Source: Mobula hypostoma (Eukaryota). From it: a stretch of 64,000 nt of DNA. Positions 25,786 to 38,189 of the stretch are shown here, one piece after another (position 1 is the stretch's first letter; each line of letters opens with the position of its first letter). The stretch covers positions 133,612,001 to 133,676,000 of the forward strand of contig NC_086097.1 in NCBI RefSeq assembly GCF_963921235.1. Direction: 5' to 3'. Made by a program: the position numbers and the translations under genes. The notes below the pieces were generated by a model. It was not told where the DNA came from. It did no database searches and worked only from the letters and a program-made list of their open reading frames with translations.

Positions 25786-26194
25786 TATTTACTTATTGTC
25801 CATTATGCCGCTGGCATTTAGGGCAGCAGCAGTGAAGGTCTTCCATCTCTGGTGGTGTTCATGGCTTGCTTCATCATGTCAGCAGCTTCCTTTTGGTTTT
25901 CACTACAATCAGTCATGCAAGTCCTGGGTGGACACTCAGGAATACCATCACACACAGATGAAGAAGGAGTCTTCATTGCTGTTTCCGTTGGGGCCGTTAG
26001 CCCTGAGCTGAACTGCCAGACCTGGAGGACCGGTGGACCACTCTCAGTCTGTCCTCTGCCCTTTGACCTGTTTGGCATGGGTGACCCTACCAAGACCCAA
26101 AGTATAAATCCCTGAATCCAGCCAGCATAGCTCTCCAGATCATTGAAGCACCCAAGCATCCAAACCACAGTGTGATAGTAGTCCTCTTGAAGGT
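25786..26194 (-). mobile_element. Bipartite non-autonomous RTE-clade element (5' UTR fused to 3' end)
   Basis: Minus-strand 5' part ...tcaatgatctggagagctatg...ggtagggtcacccatgccaaacaggtc resembles recalled RTE/Rex3 5' UTRs. 3' part RWKTFTAAALNASGIM followed by aataagtaaataa. TSD taat(a/g)attcct at 25775-25785 and 26195-26205. Confidence 0.7.
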
Positions 26195-26605
26195 TAATGA
26201 TTCCTGAACTGGGGTTATTGTCTTCTGAGGCCTATATTCTCTAGGATTTCAAAGAATGAGAACTGATCTATTTGAAATATACAGAACTCTTAATGGCCAG
26301 TCCAGATGAAGGTACTCAGCCCAAAAGATGAACTGTCTTTTTTCTTCCATAGAGGCTGCCTGACAGACTGAACTTCTCCAGCAGTTGGACTTTTGTTCCA
26401 GATTTCAGCATCTGCAGTCTCTTTTGTCTTCATAGCTCACAGGGTCCTGGGCAGGGTAGATGCAGAGATAATGTTTCCCCTGGCTGAGGTGTCCAGAACC
26501 AGTGGTCACACCTCAAAATAATGGGTCAGTCATTCAGGACAGAGATGAGAAGAAGTGTCTTCATGTGAATTTATGTGGAGGCTCCGGCACTAAGTACTTC
26601 AAGGG

Positions 26606-26850
26606 ATTAAGATTAAAATTAGCTTTAATTGTCACATATACATTGAAACATACAGTGAAATGCATCATTTGTGTCAATGACCAACATGATCCAAGGATTG
26701 TACAGGTGTTGACATGCTTCTTTTCACCAATATCGCATGCCCACAACATACTCACCCAAACTTGTACATCTTTGGAACGTGGGAGGAAATCCAAGACTGC
26801 AGACAACAGTGGGAATTGAACCAAAATCGCAATCACTGGCACTGTAAAGA
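26606..26850 (-). mobile_element. tRNA-derived SINE, internally deleted, Rex/Babar-type tail
   Basis: B-box ggttcaattccc (minus), core cccacgttccaaagatgtac, tail tgtgacaattaaagctaat. Confidence 0.7.
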
Positions 26851-28189
26851 GATAGGATATCAATGCAGGGAAGTGTTGCTCGGTTAGAGATCAGCCTGGA
26901 CTTTTTTGAGTGGTGGAGCAGATACAGGCCAAGTGGCCTACTCCTGCTTTTCTTTCTGATATTCCTTTGTTCTTCTGACCCCACTCCATGCAGCCATGGA
27001 ATAACTGCAAACAAAAGTGCACCAAAGGGTGACATGCCTTTAATGTGCCTAGTCAGCAGTTTCGATGTGATTGTCTGCACAGATGGTAGAAGGCATGGAC
27101 TTTTCGGACCGTTAGAGATGGCAGCATATGCCTGTCATTTGTGATGTTTAGTCAAACGGAATTAAATTGTATTGAATGGATTTATTATTGTCATAAACAT
27201 CAAGGTACAGTGAACAACTTGTTTGGGCAGCCTTCCAAACAGATTATTTCATCACATCAGGGTATTCTGGACATCTCCTCTTCAGCTCCCGCAAGCCATT
27301 GGGCACGGCAGTGGTTTAAAGAGTTGCAAGCAGGACAGCGAAGTACTAGTGAAAGCGATAACAAAATGTGGAATAAGGTGTTAGAAAGAAGGTGTTGTGC
27401 AGAACCTAATAAGGTGCAAGACCATAACGAGGGAGATTGTGAGGTAAAGAGTCCATCCTATCGTATTGGGTGACCGGACTGTTCAATGTCTTATAACAGC
27501 GAGATAGAAGCTGTCTCTGAGGCTGGTGATACATATTTTCAGGCTTTTGTATCTTCTGCTTAATGGAAGGGGAGAATTGAGGATGCCAGGGAGGGAGAGG
27601 TCTTTGTTAATGCTGGCTGCTTTACCAAGGCAGGGAGAAGTGTGGATCGAATCCTGGTTTCTGAGATGTGCTGTGTTCGCAACTTTCTGCAGTTTCTTGA
27701 GGTCTCAGACAGAGTGGATTCAATACCAATCACAAACAAGAGTGCTGCCGAAGGGTCTCAGCCTGAAACGTCAACTGTACCTTTTTCCCAAAGATGCTGC
27801 CTGGCCTGCTGAGTTCCTCCGGCATTGTGTGTGTGTTGCTTGGATGCTATACCAATCTGTGTTGCATCCAAGGTAAGGTGGTTCTACGGTACATTGATAG
27901 AAGTGAGTGAGGGTGAAGGGAGACAACAAGTTCTGGCACACTCAGCTGTTAGTTTTACACTAACCAATAACAGAAAGGCTGGCAGGGACAGAGAGCATAG
28001 TCAATCTGCTGATGGTTTGCTCCTTGATTTTTGGTCTGTTTTAAACACAGGTCGTAGGTTGTGCTATCGTGGGCAGTCTTGCTGCGTACCGGAAACCATC
28101 ATTAGATGCGGCAAGTTTCAGCTGCACTGATGTGAATTGTGCTCAGAGGTCCAAATGCCAGTTTCATGATGCTAAATGAGATGGAAGCA

Positions 28190-28498
28190 GGGGTGGCATG
28201 GTAGTGTAGTGGTTTGCACAACACTTTGCAGTACAGATGACCAGGTTCAATTCCCACTGCTGCCTCTGAGGAGTTTGTATGTTCTCCCCGTGATTGTGTG
28301 GGCTTCCTCAGGGTGTGCTTGTTTCATTCCACAATCCAAAAACGTACCGGGGGTTGGTAAAATAATTAGTCATTGTAAATTGTCCTGTATTAGGCTTGGA
28401 TTAAATCAGGGCATTGCTGGGTGGTGTGGCTTGAAAGGCTGGAAGGGCCTATTCTGCGGTGTATCTCAATAAAATTTAAAAAACAATAAAATAAAATG
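28190..28498 (+). mobile_element. tRNA-derived V-SINE-type element with CR1-like tail
   Basis: A-box-like tggcatggtagtgtagtgg, B-box ggttcaattccc, core gagtttgtatgttctccccgtg, tail gaagggcctattctgcggtgtatctc followed by an A-rich end. Confidence 0.8.
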
Positions 28499-29692
28499 AT
28501 CACTAGCCTAATCTCTTGTGCATTGCTTTGCTTTTGTGTGCTAATTATTAAAAATGACTTTGATTGGGCCCAATTTCTGTATGAAAGCTTTGCTTGTGTA
28601 TGGGATTAAATCCAGTGCTGAGTACGTACATGAGAATAGGTTATGTCAATAGAACCGTTGCCGCCAGCTTTGTTCACATCTGACCTCATAATGATCATGT
28701 GCATATTTCGGTGTCATAAATAAAACATCTACATTTCCATGTGGAATCGCTTAGTGGCCACGGGATGTGAACATGGCTTCTATTCTGTTCTGGGAGGACT
28801 CTAGACTGGTTATTTATGGCATTATCTTGTGAACATACATTCACATGGACTGCAATTGCCATATAATATTTCCCCTCTTGCTTACTCATGACCTGGTTCA
28901 ATGTCCCAAAGAAATTCCAAGAATTTGGTTTTATTTTTACAATATGGAATGTTGGATTTGTTTTATTTAAGGGAAAGCAATGAACTCCAGTGAAACTTTG
29001 TGATATATTCTGTCTTGACCTGTGTTATATTAGGAATGTCATTTTTTTATTTACATTGGGTCTGAAGAAAGTTTTTTTTTGTAAGGAGCTGGTTGTGATG
29101 ACAACACATCCAATTCACAGTTGGTGTACTTTGGTGGTGCACCCACAGGTGCTGTGTAGTGATCGCAGGCACAGCAGGCTCACGAGGAAGGCTGCAGCAG
29201 ACCATCTGCTGAAGGGAATCAGCAAGCTCGAGCAGAATCAGTGGGAGGAAACCCTGCATCAGGACTTTTTGCACTAAACTGTCAAGTTTCCTTCCTCCCA
29301 CAGATGTTGCGCGACCTGCTGAGCTCCTCCAGCACACTGCCTGTTGCTCTACATTCCGACTTCTGCAGACTCCTCCCGCAGTAATGAAAGGTGACGAGAT
29401 GGTAACCAAGTAGTGATGGTTATCAAGAGCTCAGTAATGGCTGTGGTCACTGGGGAAAGTGAACAGTGCCAGAGACATTCTGCATCCTCCTTCATTTCAA
29501 TGTCAACAGCCTCTGTTTAATATCTTAGCCATAATTGTTAATTCAAACTGCATAAATAATTCCTGACCTCCCTGCTTGATGGCTGTACCACTTGATATTC
29601 CACACTTCAGATATTCTTTCATTGTGGAATGAAAAGCACCTTCCTCGTCGTTCCAGGAAGAAAATAATTTCAATGCTTGTAAAGTGGCACTG

Positions 29693-31628
29693 TGAAGCAC
29701 CTTCAATTACTCCAAAAAACTGAGGTTTGGTAAAATACTGAAAGGCTTTTATTCGCTGTACAATACGACCTCCACAGTGAGTGTCTGCCCCCGGACTGAG
29801 GGGGAGGGGCAAGGCGAACACCTTTATATAGGACTCTGTGGGAGGAGTCACAGGGGCAGTCAGCAGAGGGGTCTGTCCAGACAGGTAACCGAGTTACAAC
29901 ATATATACATGGTTTACCACATTCACCCCTCCTTTTTTTAAAAAAGAGTCCCGCGGGGTGAAGTGACTGACAATATTTACAGGTTAAGTCTATCAGGCGG
30001 TCGAGTCCGTCGCTGTGATCTACGTAGCACCGGCGATGATTGCACCGGCGATGGCGGTTGTGCTGGCTCCGGCCTGACTTCAGGTGCCAGCACGTTAGGC
30101 ATTGTTAATCCCTCGTGCGTGTGCATCGCGCCCGGTATGGGAGTGTCGTGTGGTGTCTGTATAGGGTTTGGGGTACATGGTGTCTCGTAGGTACATACAT
30201 TGGTGGGAACGGGGTCAATAGTCACCACGGAGTGTTCAGGGTAGGGACCCATCATACTTCACTGTCACGCTTTTCAGGTGGCTCTGGAAGTCCAACCCCA
30301 ACAGCACAGGGGCACACAGTTGAGGAAAGACCAGTAACTTAAAGTCCCGATATTCTGTGCCCTGCACCACTAGCGTCGCTACACAACCCCCCGGATGTCT
30401 GTTGTATGCGACCCGGAGACCATGGTGACCCTCTGACTCACCGGCCATATCATGAGTCCACAATGCTGCACCGTGGCCGGGTGGATAAAACTCTCCGTGC
30501 TGCCTGTGTCAAACAGGCAGCTTGTCCTGTGCCCCTCCACCAGGATGTCCATCATTGACCTTGCAAGCTGGTGGGGAGCGCTTTGGTCGAGGGTCACGGA
30601 AGCCAGGGTGGGGTCGCTGTCTTGGTCTGGCGCGGTGGGGTGGCCTGTGAGCACCCATTGGTCGTAGGTGGTGAGAGGTGGCGCCGACCAAGATGGCCAC
30701 CCCCATGTCTCGCACGTGGTGGTGGCGTGCAGGGAAGATGGCAGCCCCCATGTCTTGCACGTGGTGGCAGTGTGCAGGGAAGTTGGCGACCCCCACGTCT
30801 CGCACGCGGTGCTGCTCGATCCCGCTCGCGGTTTTGACTTACAGACCTTGGCGAAGTGGCCCTTCTTTCCGCAGCTGGAACAGGTAGCTTGTCGGGCCGC
30901 GCAGCGTTTCCGGGGGTGCTTCTCCAGTCCGCAGAAGTAGCACTTCGCAGACTCACGACTGGCTGCAGCCGAGGTCGATTCGCCGGCGGGTTGCGGGGTC
31001 TGCGGCGCCCACGAAGCCATCGGGGGATCGCGTGCCTGGAGAGCCTTGGAGTTATGCAGAGCGGCCTCCAGCGTATCAGCCAGCTCGATCGCCGAACTTA
31101 GGGTAAGATCGGCTTTTTCCAGCAGCCGCTGGCGCACGTACACTGACCTGGTCCCCGTAACGAAGGCGTCTCTCACTAGGAGTTCTACATGCTGCGCCAC
31201 CATCAGCTCCTGGTAATTGCAGGCCCGCACGAGTGTCTGTAGGGCCCGGACAAACTCAGTACTCGATTCCGCGGACCGTTGTTGCCGTGTCGCTAAGCGA
31301 TGCCGAGCATAGACGCTGTTTATCGGCGGCAGGTATTGTCTTTTGAGTGCGTTCATCGCGCCGTCGTAGTTCGGCTGGTCTCTGTACAGCGAATAAAATT
31401 GAAGCACCTTCAATTACTCCAAAAGACTGAGGTTTGGTAAAATACTGAAAGGCTTTTATTCGCTGTACAATACGACCTCCACAGTGAGTGTCTGCCCCCG
31501 GACTGAGGGGGAGGGGCAAGGCGAACACCTTTATACAGGACTCTGTGGGAGGAGCCACAGGGGCAGTCAGCAGAGGGGTGTGTCCAGACAGGCAACCGAG
31601 TTACAACATATATACATGGTTTACCACA
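29693..31628 (-). mobile_element. Gypsy LTR retrotransposon (Mag-like), internally deleted, non-autonomous
   Basis: 229-bp LTRs at 29693-29921 and 31400-31628 (TG...CA, 5 mismatches counted). 5-bp TSD cactg at 29688-29692 and 31629-31633. PPT aaaaaaggaggggtgaa next to the 3' LTR. Pol C-terminus LRRSQRRTRPPDRLNL retained; RT, RNase H and integrase core absent. Confidence 0.95.
30379..31382 (-). pseudogene. gag-protease remnant of the Mag-like element
   Basis: YARHRLATRQQ...RDAFVTG capsid-like segment, knuckles CYFCGLEKHPRKRC and CSSCGKKGHFAKVC, protease LFDTGS. No ATG follows the LTR, so the N-terminus appears deleted. Confidence 0.85.
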
Positions 31629-31847
31629 CACTGCCAAACTAGAAAGCAGTGGACCAGCACTGTGATTCTCAATAATCCTGAGGGGTGCAATGGGTAGAAT
31701 GCATACAGGGAAATGCTAATAAGAAAGCCTTCTCAAAGTGCTGGTATGGCTATGCGTGACCTAAAGATTTCTGCCGGAGCATGAGTATTACTTAAGATTA
31801 ATAGCAGGAATAGACTGCACAGAGAAAATGAGCAACTGAGTGTCTTA

Positions 31848-32044
31848 AAAACGCAAACGCAAGAAAATCTGCAGATGCTGGAAATTCAAGCAACACACAT
31901 AAAATGCTGGTGGAATCAAATCTTTTACTATCTCTTTTTTTCGTTAGTCCTGACACAGGGTCTTGACCCGAAACGTCGACTGTACCTCTTTCTATAGATG
32001 CCGCCTGGCCTGCTGCGTTCCACCAGCATTTTGTGTGTGGTAAT
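31848..32044. mobile_element. PLE-derived hairpin mini-element with mutated HHR
   Basis: Inverted arms around agtcctgacacagggtcttgacccgaaacgtcgactg. TSD tgagtgtctta at 31837-31847 and 32045-32055. Confidence 0.8.
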
Positions 32045-32449
32045 TGAGTGTCTTAGCTATGATGATCAAAAACAGACCAAAAAAAGTAACAGTACTTAGT
32101 TCAGTTTGTTCAATTGTGCACTAAATTACAGACTGGTATTTTTTAATCATAAGTAATATAAGGGCCTCGCTGTTTACTTGCAATGGATCATTGAGTGTAG
32201 CAGTCAAGTTGCCAGAAGTCTGAAGATAGCTTCCAAAAAGTGGAGGCTTGCACAAGTGAGTGCAAGTTAGGTGTGATGATATGATGAAAGTGCAAACAAA
32301 GCATTAAATTTTGGCTGTGTTAACTGTTTGCAGATTTTTTTTATTATTTCAGTTGCCTGGTTGTTGCAAAACTGGCCATTTCAGGCCAAAGGGAGAGAAA
32401 AGGGAGAAGAAAGGTCAGAGAGAGGGAAGAAAGAAGGAAGAGGAGGAAG

Positions 32450-32940
32450 TTCAAAGTTCAAATAAATTTGTTATGGAAGTATATATATGTCACCCTATAC
32501 TATATAGATTCATTTTCTTGCAGACATTCACAGTAGAATAAAGAAATACAATAGAGTCAGTGAAAAACTACACACAAAGACTGATGAACAATTGAAGTGC
32601 GAATGAAGAGTTATACTAATACTACTACTACGACAAATAATAATAAATCCACGAATAAATAAATAATACTGAGAACATGAAATGTAGAGTCCTTGAAAAG
32701 GTTGTAAAATCAGTTCAGAATTGAAGTGAGTGATGTTATCCACACTGGTTCAGGAACCTGATGGTTGAAGGATAACAACTGTTCCTGAACCTGGTGGTGT
32801 GGGACCTAAGGCTCCTTTTCCTCCTTCCTGATGGCAACAGCATGAAGAGAGAATGGCCTGGGTGGTGGGAGCAGGGTCCCAATAATGGATGCTGCTTTCT
32901 TGTGGCAGCCCTTCTAATAGGGGTGCTCAATAGTGACAGC
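32450..32940 (-). mobile_element. Rex/Babar-type LINE 3' fragment
   Basis: HHPGHSLFMLLPSGRRKRSLRSHTTRFRNSCYPSTIRFLN. Confidence 0.75.
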
Positions 32941-33639
32941 CAGATGATCAGATTTCTCAAACTGGAGCACAAACAACCACGATCAGTGAATCAAATTGAA
33001 AAATAGGACATGTATGCTACCGGTAACTTTGAGATGGCTGTATGGAACTCAAAAGCACACATTCATTGTGTAAATGGCATCCTGAAGGCCAAAAATAGAC
33101 ATGGTACCAAATGTGTGAACAGCATGATCCCATATACTGCAACTTGACCAATACAGAACAATCTAGCTTTATGGCGTGGCTTCAGGGAATAAATATTGGG
33201 CCAGGACTACAGAAATGATTCTTTGACCTTTATTGGGATTAGTTGCCCTACTTACAAAGATGCATCTTTTATGTCCCAGTTTAGGATGTCCGACACTTGA
33301 GTACTTTTCGAAGTACAATTATTGCTTTAGTATTGGAAATGTCAAAACCAATGTGCATAGGGCAGGATCCCACCAACAGCAGTATGATGCTGACCAGACC
33401 AGGTGCTGGGTATTAATGTTGAGTATTGGCCTCAGACTCTTGAGAAGCACTCCCTGCTACTTTCTGAAAATAGAGCCAAAGGAACATTTACACACCCGGG
33501 AGAGAGCTGGGTGCATCAGTACAACATCTTCTATTTACATATTATAACACATAAGGTTTAATAACTCCTCATATTTCCTTGCCATTTACTCTCTCCCACT
33601 CTTATTTCCTTGTCCATCAAATCATCTTTGATTCTTTTG

Positions 33640-33825
33640 TCTTCTAGCTACACTAAGGGGCCAATTCACTTATGTTTGGGATGTGGAAGAAGACTGGAGC
33701 ACCCAAGGGAACACAGATGGACATGGGGAGAATGTGTGAACTCCACACAGAGAGCACCTAGAGCTAGGATTGAACCCGGGCCCCTGGAGTGTAGAAGCAA
33801 CAGTTCTCTGCTGTGCCACCATGTC
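33640..33825 (-). mobile_element. tRNA-derived SINE fragment
   Basis: Minus-strand ggtggcacag...ccgggttcaatcc (B-box) and core tccacatcccaaac. Confidence 0.65.
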
Positions 33826-34074
33826 CCTCACTTGTGTTGCCTCCTCTGAGAAATTCTACACTTTGAACAACATTGTGGTCATCTGGCCGAGATCAGTTTC
33901 AAACCTGGGTCCCTGGAACTATTTGTCAGCAGCACCACCTGTTGCAGTTATACCAGATGTTGATGAGATTCCATCTTGATTATTGTGTTAAATTTTGGTC
34001 ATGTTGGTATAGGAAAGATGCTATTAAGTTGGGAAGAGTGCAGAAAAGATTTGTAGCGATGTTGCATCCATAAT

Positions 34075-36744
34075 GGTGACTTCTGGACCTTGAAATGAAA
34101 GGTTTATTTCATTCATATAGTTAAAAATATTTTCCAGGTAAGCCAAACCATGGATACAATCCCTTTTTTTCAATCTGTCCCAAGAGTGGGTTTTCTTTTT
34201 CTTTCAGAAAAAGTGAAACTTCTGTCCTTCGATTGAAGGAGCGCTTTAACACTTGTCCTCTTGAAAGCCAGTGAACTTCAGTGTGGTGGAGAAGCACTTC
34301 ATATTCTGCACCCATTTCTTGACAAAGTCTCTTAAAAGTGCATGTATTCTGAGACCTGCTCAAATAAAGTTGATGACATTTATGTCTGTTGACAAAACTT
34401 CTGTCAGGGTTGTTGGAAGAGTCTTTGTTGCCAGTGCATGTCTGTGTAAAGAAACCATGAGTGACCATGATGTGAAGAGCTTCCTTTTTCACTAAAGCAG
34501 CAAAACCAGATGTAGTACTAAGCATCACAGGAGCTCCATCTGTGCAAAGAGTATGAAGTTTTTCTTTTCAGTCAAAGTTGTGTTTGGCAAAAAAAAACTT
34601 TTTAATATTTCCAAATTTTTGATGGCCTTTGTAGCTTCAAAAGGAACTCGGAAAATAAGAATTCTTCTTTGATGGCATCAGCATGCGCTTGACGAACAAA
34701 AACAAGGAGCTGACTATATTGAGAGATGTCTGTAGTTTCATCCAGTAGCATATTGAATGGGAATTGTGAGGCTACCAATTCCTCAATAACCTACTTCAAA
34801 ATCTTAAAGCAATATCAACTATTCTAGGATGTATCACGATATTTGATAAGGGGACCATTTACAGTTTTCTCCTCTGTTCCACTCCATAAAGCAGCTCGAC
34901 CATTTCCAGTGCACGTGGCTTTACTAAAGTCTCTCCAATAGTGTGGGGCTTCTTTTGTTTGGCAGTCTGGTAAGCAACTTTATAGAATGCTTCAAGAAAA
35001 GGTTTTTTTGTGAAATAGTAGATCCAAGTTTTGGAAGTGTCCCAACTTTTTCATCATGCTTTTTCATCTGCAGATGCTGGAAATTCAAGCAACACACATA
35101 AAAAGTGCTGGTGGAACGCAGCAGGCCAGGCAGCATCTATAGGAAGAGGTACAGTCGATGTTTCGGGCCTAGACCCTTCGTCAGGACTAACTGAAAGAAG
35201 AGATAGTAAGAGATTTGGAAGAGGGAGGAGGAGGGGGAGATCCGAAATGATAGGAGAGGACAGGGGAGGGGACTATAACTCCTTGCCCATCCTCTGGGCT
35301 TTCCCCACCCCCCTGCTTTCTTTCTCCCTAGGCCTCCCGTCCCATGATCCTCTCCATTCTCCAGCCTTGTATCCCTTTTGCCAAACAACTTTCCAGCTGT
35401 TAGCTCCATCCCTCCCCCTCCTGTCCTCTCCTATCATTTCGGATCTCCCCCTTCCCCTTTCAAATCTCTAACTATCTCTTCTTTCAGTTAGTCCTGACGA
35501 AGGGTCTCGGCCTAAAACGCGACTGTACCTCCTCCTATAGATGCTGCCTGGCCTGCTGCGTTCACCAGCATTTTCTATGCGTGTTGTTTCTCATCATGCT
35601 TCCTTTTCTTTGACAAAATGGTTTGCAAAATTAAAAAAAATCTATATATATATATATATATAATATAAGCTAAAAGAAAATATTTAATTCAATTGGCATT
35701 TTTTGACACAATATTTTTTGTAAAGCTTTTAGATACTTGGATAGACACAAGAGTTACATCAGTAGCTCAGGCGTCTTCCTGGAGTTTGGCTGTTGTGTAT
35801 GGAGTTGTGTAGCTTTTGGTGCCTTCCTAGAAATAATGGTTCTCATTTCTGATATCATTCACAGTATTCTCACAAAGCTATTTTTAAAATGTGCTGTATT
35901 TTCATGGAATAATAATATATGAACACCACTTGTAAGACATACTGTGTGTGCACGTCTTTACTTCATAACACAGACAGTGTACAAAACGTAAGTAAGAAGA
36001 GAAAAACAAAAAAAAAAGGAAGATCCTTTGCTGGCTCACAGAACTTAGAACATGGTGCATGACCTGTATTACTTCACAACCTGTCAGTAATAATAGATAT
36101 TGCTTTAAATAACACAATTCAGCAGTTATTCGAACTGTCAGATGTGTTTGAGCTTGCCTGGTCTAGACTCGTAACCTATCCATATTACAAAAATCCTTAA
36201 CTCTGCCCCATGCAGAGTTAAGAATTCGCCTTTGATTGCCCTGTTTTGCAAAACTTTAACAAACAATAAAAATGACTCAACCCCCTTTTACGCATCGATC
36301 AACTTGCAATTGTAGATAGGGAATGATGGAGAGTGATGTAGATGTCTGGGTCACGGATGTGGGGACACGTGACTTCCCCGTTTGGTGTTTGAAGGACTGC
36401 TAGGTGCAGGGCTGCCCAGTAGTTGGCCAGCTACATCACCACAAGCAGACAGGAGGACTGCAAACACATTCGATCTAGCAGTGGGTCTAATAATTACTGT
36501 AATTTTGAAGTAGTGGTGAGCATGCCGTAAATGATATTTTGAGATATTTGAACAACTGTAATGTGATATGATAACATCTGTGATTTCTATTGGTGACAAA
36601 GTCACAGGTACTGCTAATACTACTGTGGTTTGGTGCCTACATTTATAATTGAAGGAAACGCTAAATTTCAGTTAAAGGTTAGTGAAAATAAAGATGTAAT
36701 TTTTTTCTCATCCAAGTTCATGGACCCCAAGTTGAGAACACATG
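34075..36744 (-). mobile_element. Decayed hAT (Charlie/Buster-like) DNA transposon, interrupted by a PLE mini-element
   Basis: CQEMGAEYEVLLHHTEVHWLSRGQVLKR transposase motif in ORF 34121-34528. Putative 5' terminus catgtgttctcaacttggggtccatgaac (minus, ending at 36744) flanked by ccctagaa. Other end not identified. Confidence 0.75.
35062..35590. mobile_element. PLE-derived inverted-repeat element with two HHR motifs (35152-35188 minus, 35490-35525 plus)
   Basis: Inverted arms. TSD tcatcatgctt at 35051-35061 and 35591-35601. Confidence 0.85.
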
Positions 36745-38189
36745 CCCTAGAATGAGGCATGAATGCAGACGTAGGGGCCTCCTGTGGTTGCAGAGGAAAT
36801 TACCCTGGGTTAGGGAGTGGTGGGTGGGGAGGGACGAGTGGACCAGAGAGTTATAGAGGGAGTAGCCAAGAGGTGTGGGGAGGAGAAGGTGTGGCCAGTG
36901 GTGTGCACATAGTTGATTATCTGTTGATTACTGCAGGAACTTTCTTGCACAAATAGCTGCATTTTCTGTGTTGAAACAGCAACCACATTTCAGATGTAAC
37001 AGCACAGTACTTTGCTACAAGCACCAAATTGATTCATCAGAGTTGTTAATCAAAGAGAAACTTTGACACCGCACATTGTTAGGAGAGATTAGAGTAATAG
37101 TAGGACTTAATTTCTAGGAGTTTGAAGAAGAGAGAAACTGAGGCTGATGAAGGGGACTCAAGTGCTTTGATGTTTGCCACATTAAACTGCATTACTGGGG
37201 CCGTTAATTAGGTACGTTCGAGAGCTCAGAGTTTATGTAGCATTGGTGCTTTGAGAGGTACTGGACTGAAGATGGATACTAAGAGAGGAGAGAGCAAGAT
37301 CACAGAGGGATAGGGAACCAAGGAGAGCAGGTTTAGAATTAAGGCACAGCCAGTAATGGGTTCAGAGGGTTTGGAATGAGGGGTAAACATACATCTGGAG
37401 AGGGTGGGGAGATGGCTGGACTCTGATTAAGCAAGCAGCTGTAATTCAGACTGAGAAAGGAAGAAACCTTTCCACATAGTAGTTTGTGAATCTTTGGAAT
37501 TCTCAAACTCCGAGAGTTGAGTATGTTTAAGGCTGGGGACTGATGGATATTTTGCACACATTATTTTGGAGAACAACAGAATCATTCTCTCTGATATCTG
37601 GGTTATTTTTTGGTATCCCTAAAACAGGTTATGTGGTTTCTAACATGGTGTGGATGAAAATCATACAGTGATGCCATTATTCTGGATTTCAACATTGATT
37701 GCACTTCAATCTTTTCGTCGAGATATTTTTTAAAAAGCCAATATTAGAAATGCTGTCTGTTTTGGAACAATAATCTCTGTTCCCTCTGTGCGAACCTCTG
37801 CTTTGAACAGACCCAAAAGCCCCCCTGACATCACAATCCCACAATCCCTCTCCCCTTAATGTGCAACATTCCATCCTGCTTGGCAAAGACAGCTGCAGTT
37901 ACCTGCCTTGTTCAGGCATGGAATTGCAATGGAGATATCCTTGGCATCTGGTGACATTTAGCCAAAACTAAAGGGCAAATTCAACCTTTCCCCTGATGGA
38001 TGATGGACATCTATCATCAGGCATCACCACTTTCCAGACCATACCCTCTTCTGACTGAAAGACAGGAGGTACAGAAACATGAGATCCCACGCCACCTTTC
38101 CACACTTTCCAACTTGCTTATCACTCAGATTGGTCCACTGACAATGTTATAGTCTCTGCCCTCCACTCTGACCTGTCCAGTCTGAAAAA

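Noticed and set aside
28190..28260. tRNA gene
   Set aside because: The A/B-box-like head continues into SINE core and tail; no full cloverleaf is evident.
34121..34528. Host ZBED5/SCAND3/GTF2IRD2-like gene
   Set aside because: Frameshifted, interrupted by a PLE, and with a TIR-like end; better read as a transposon relic.
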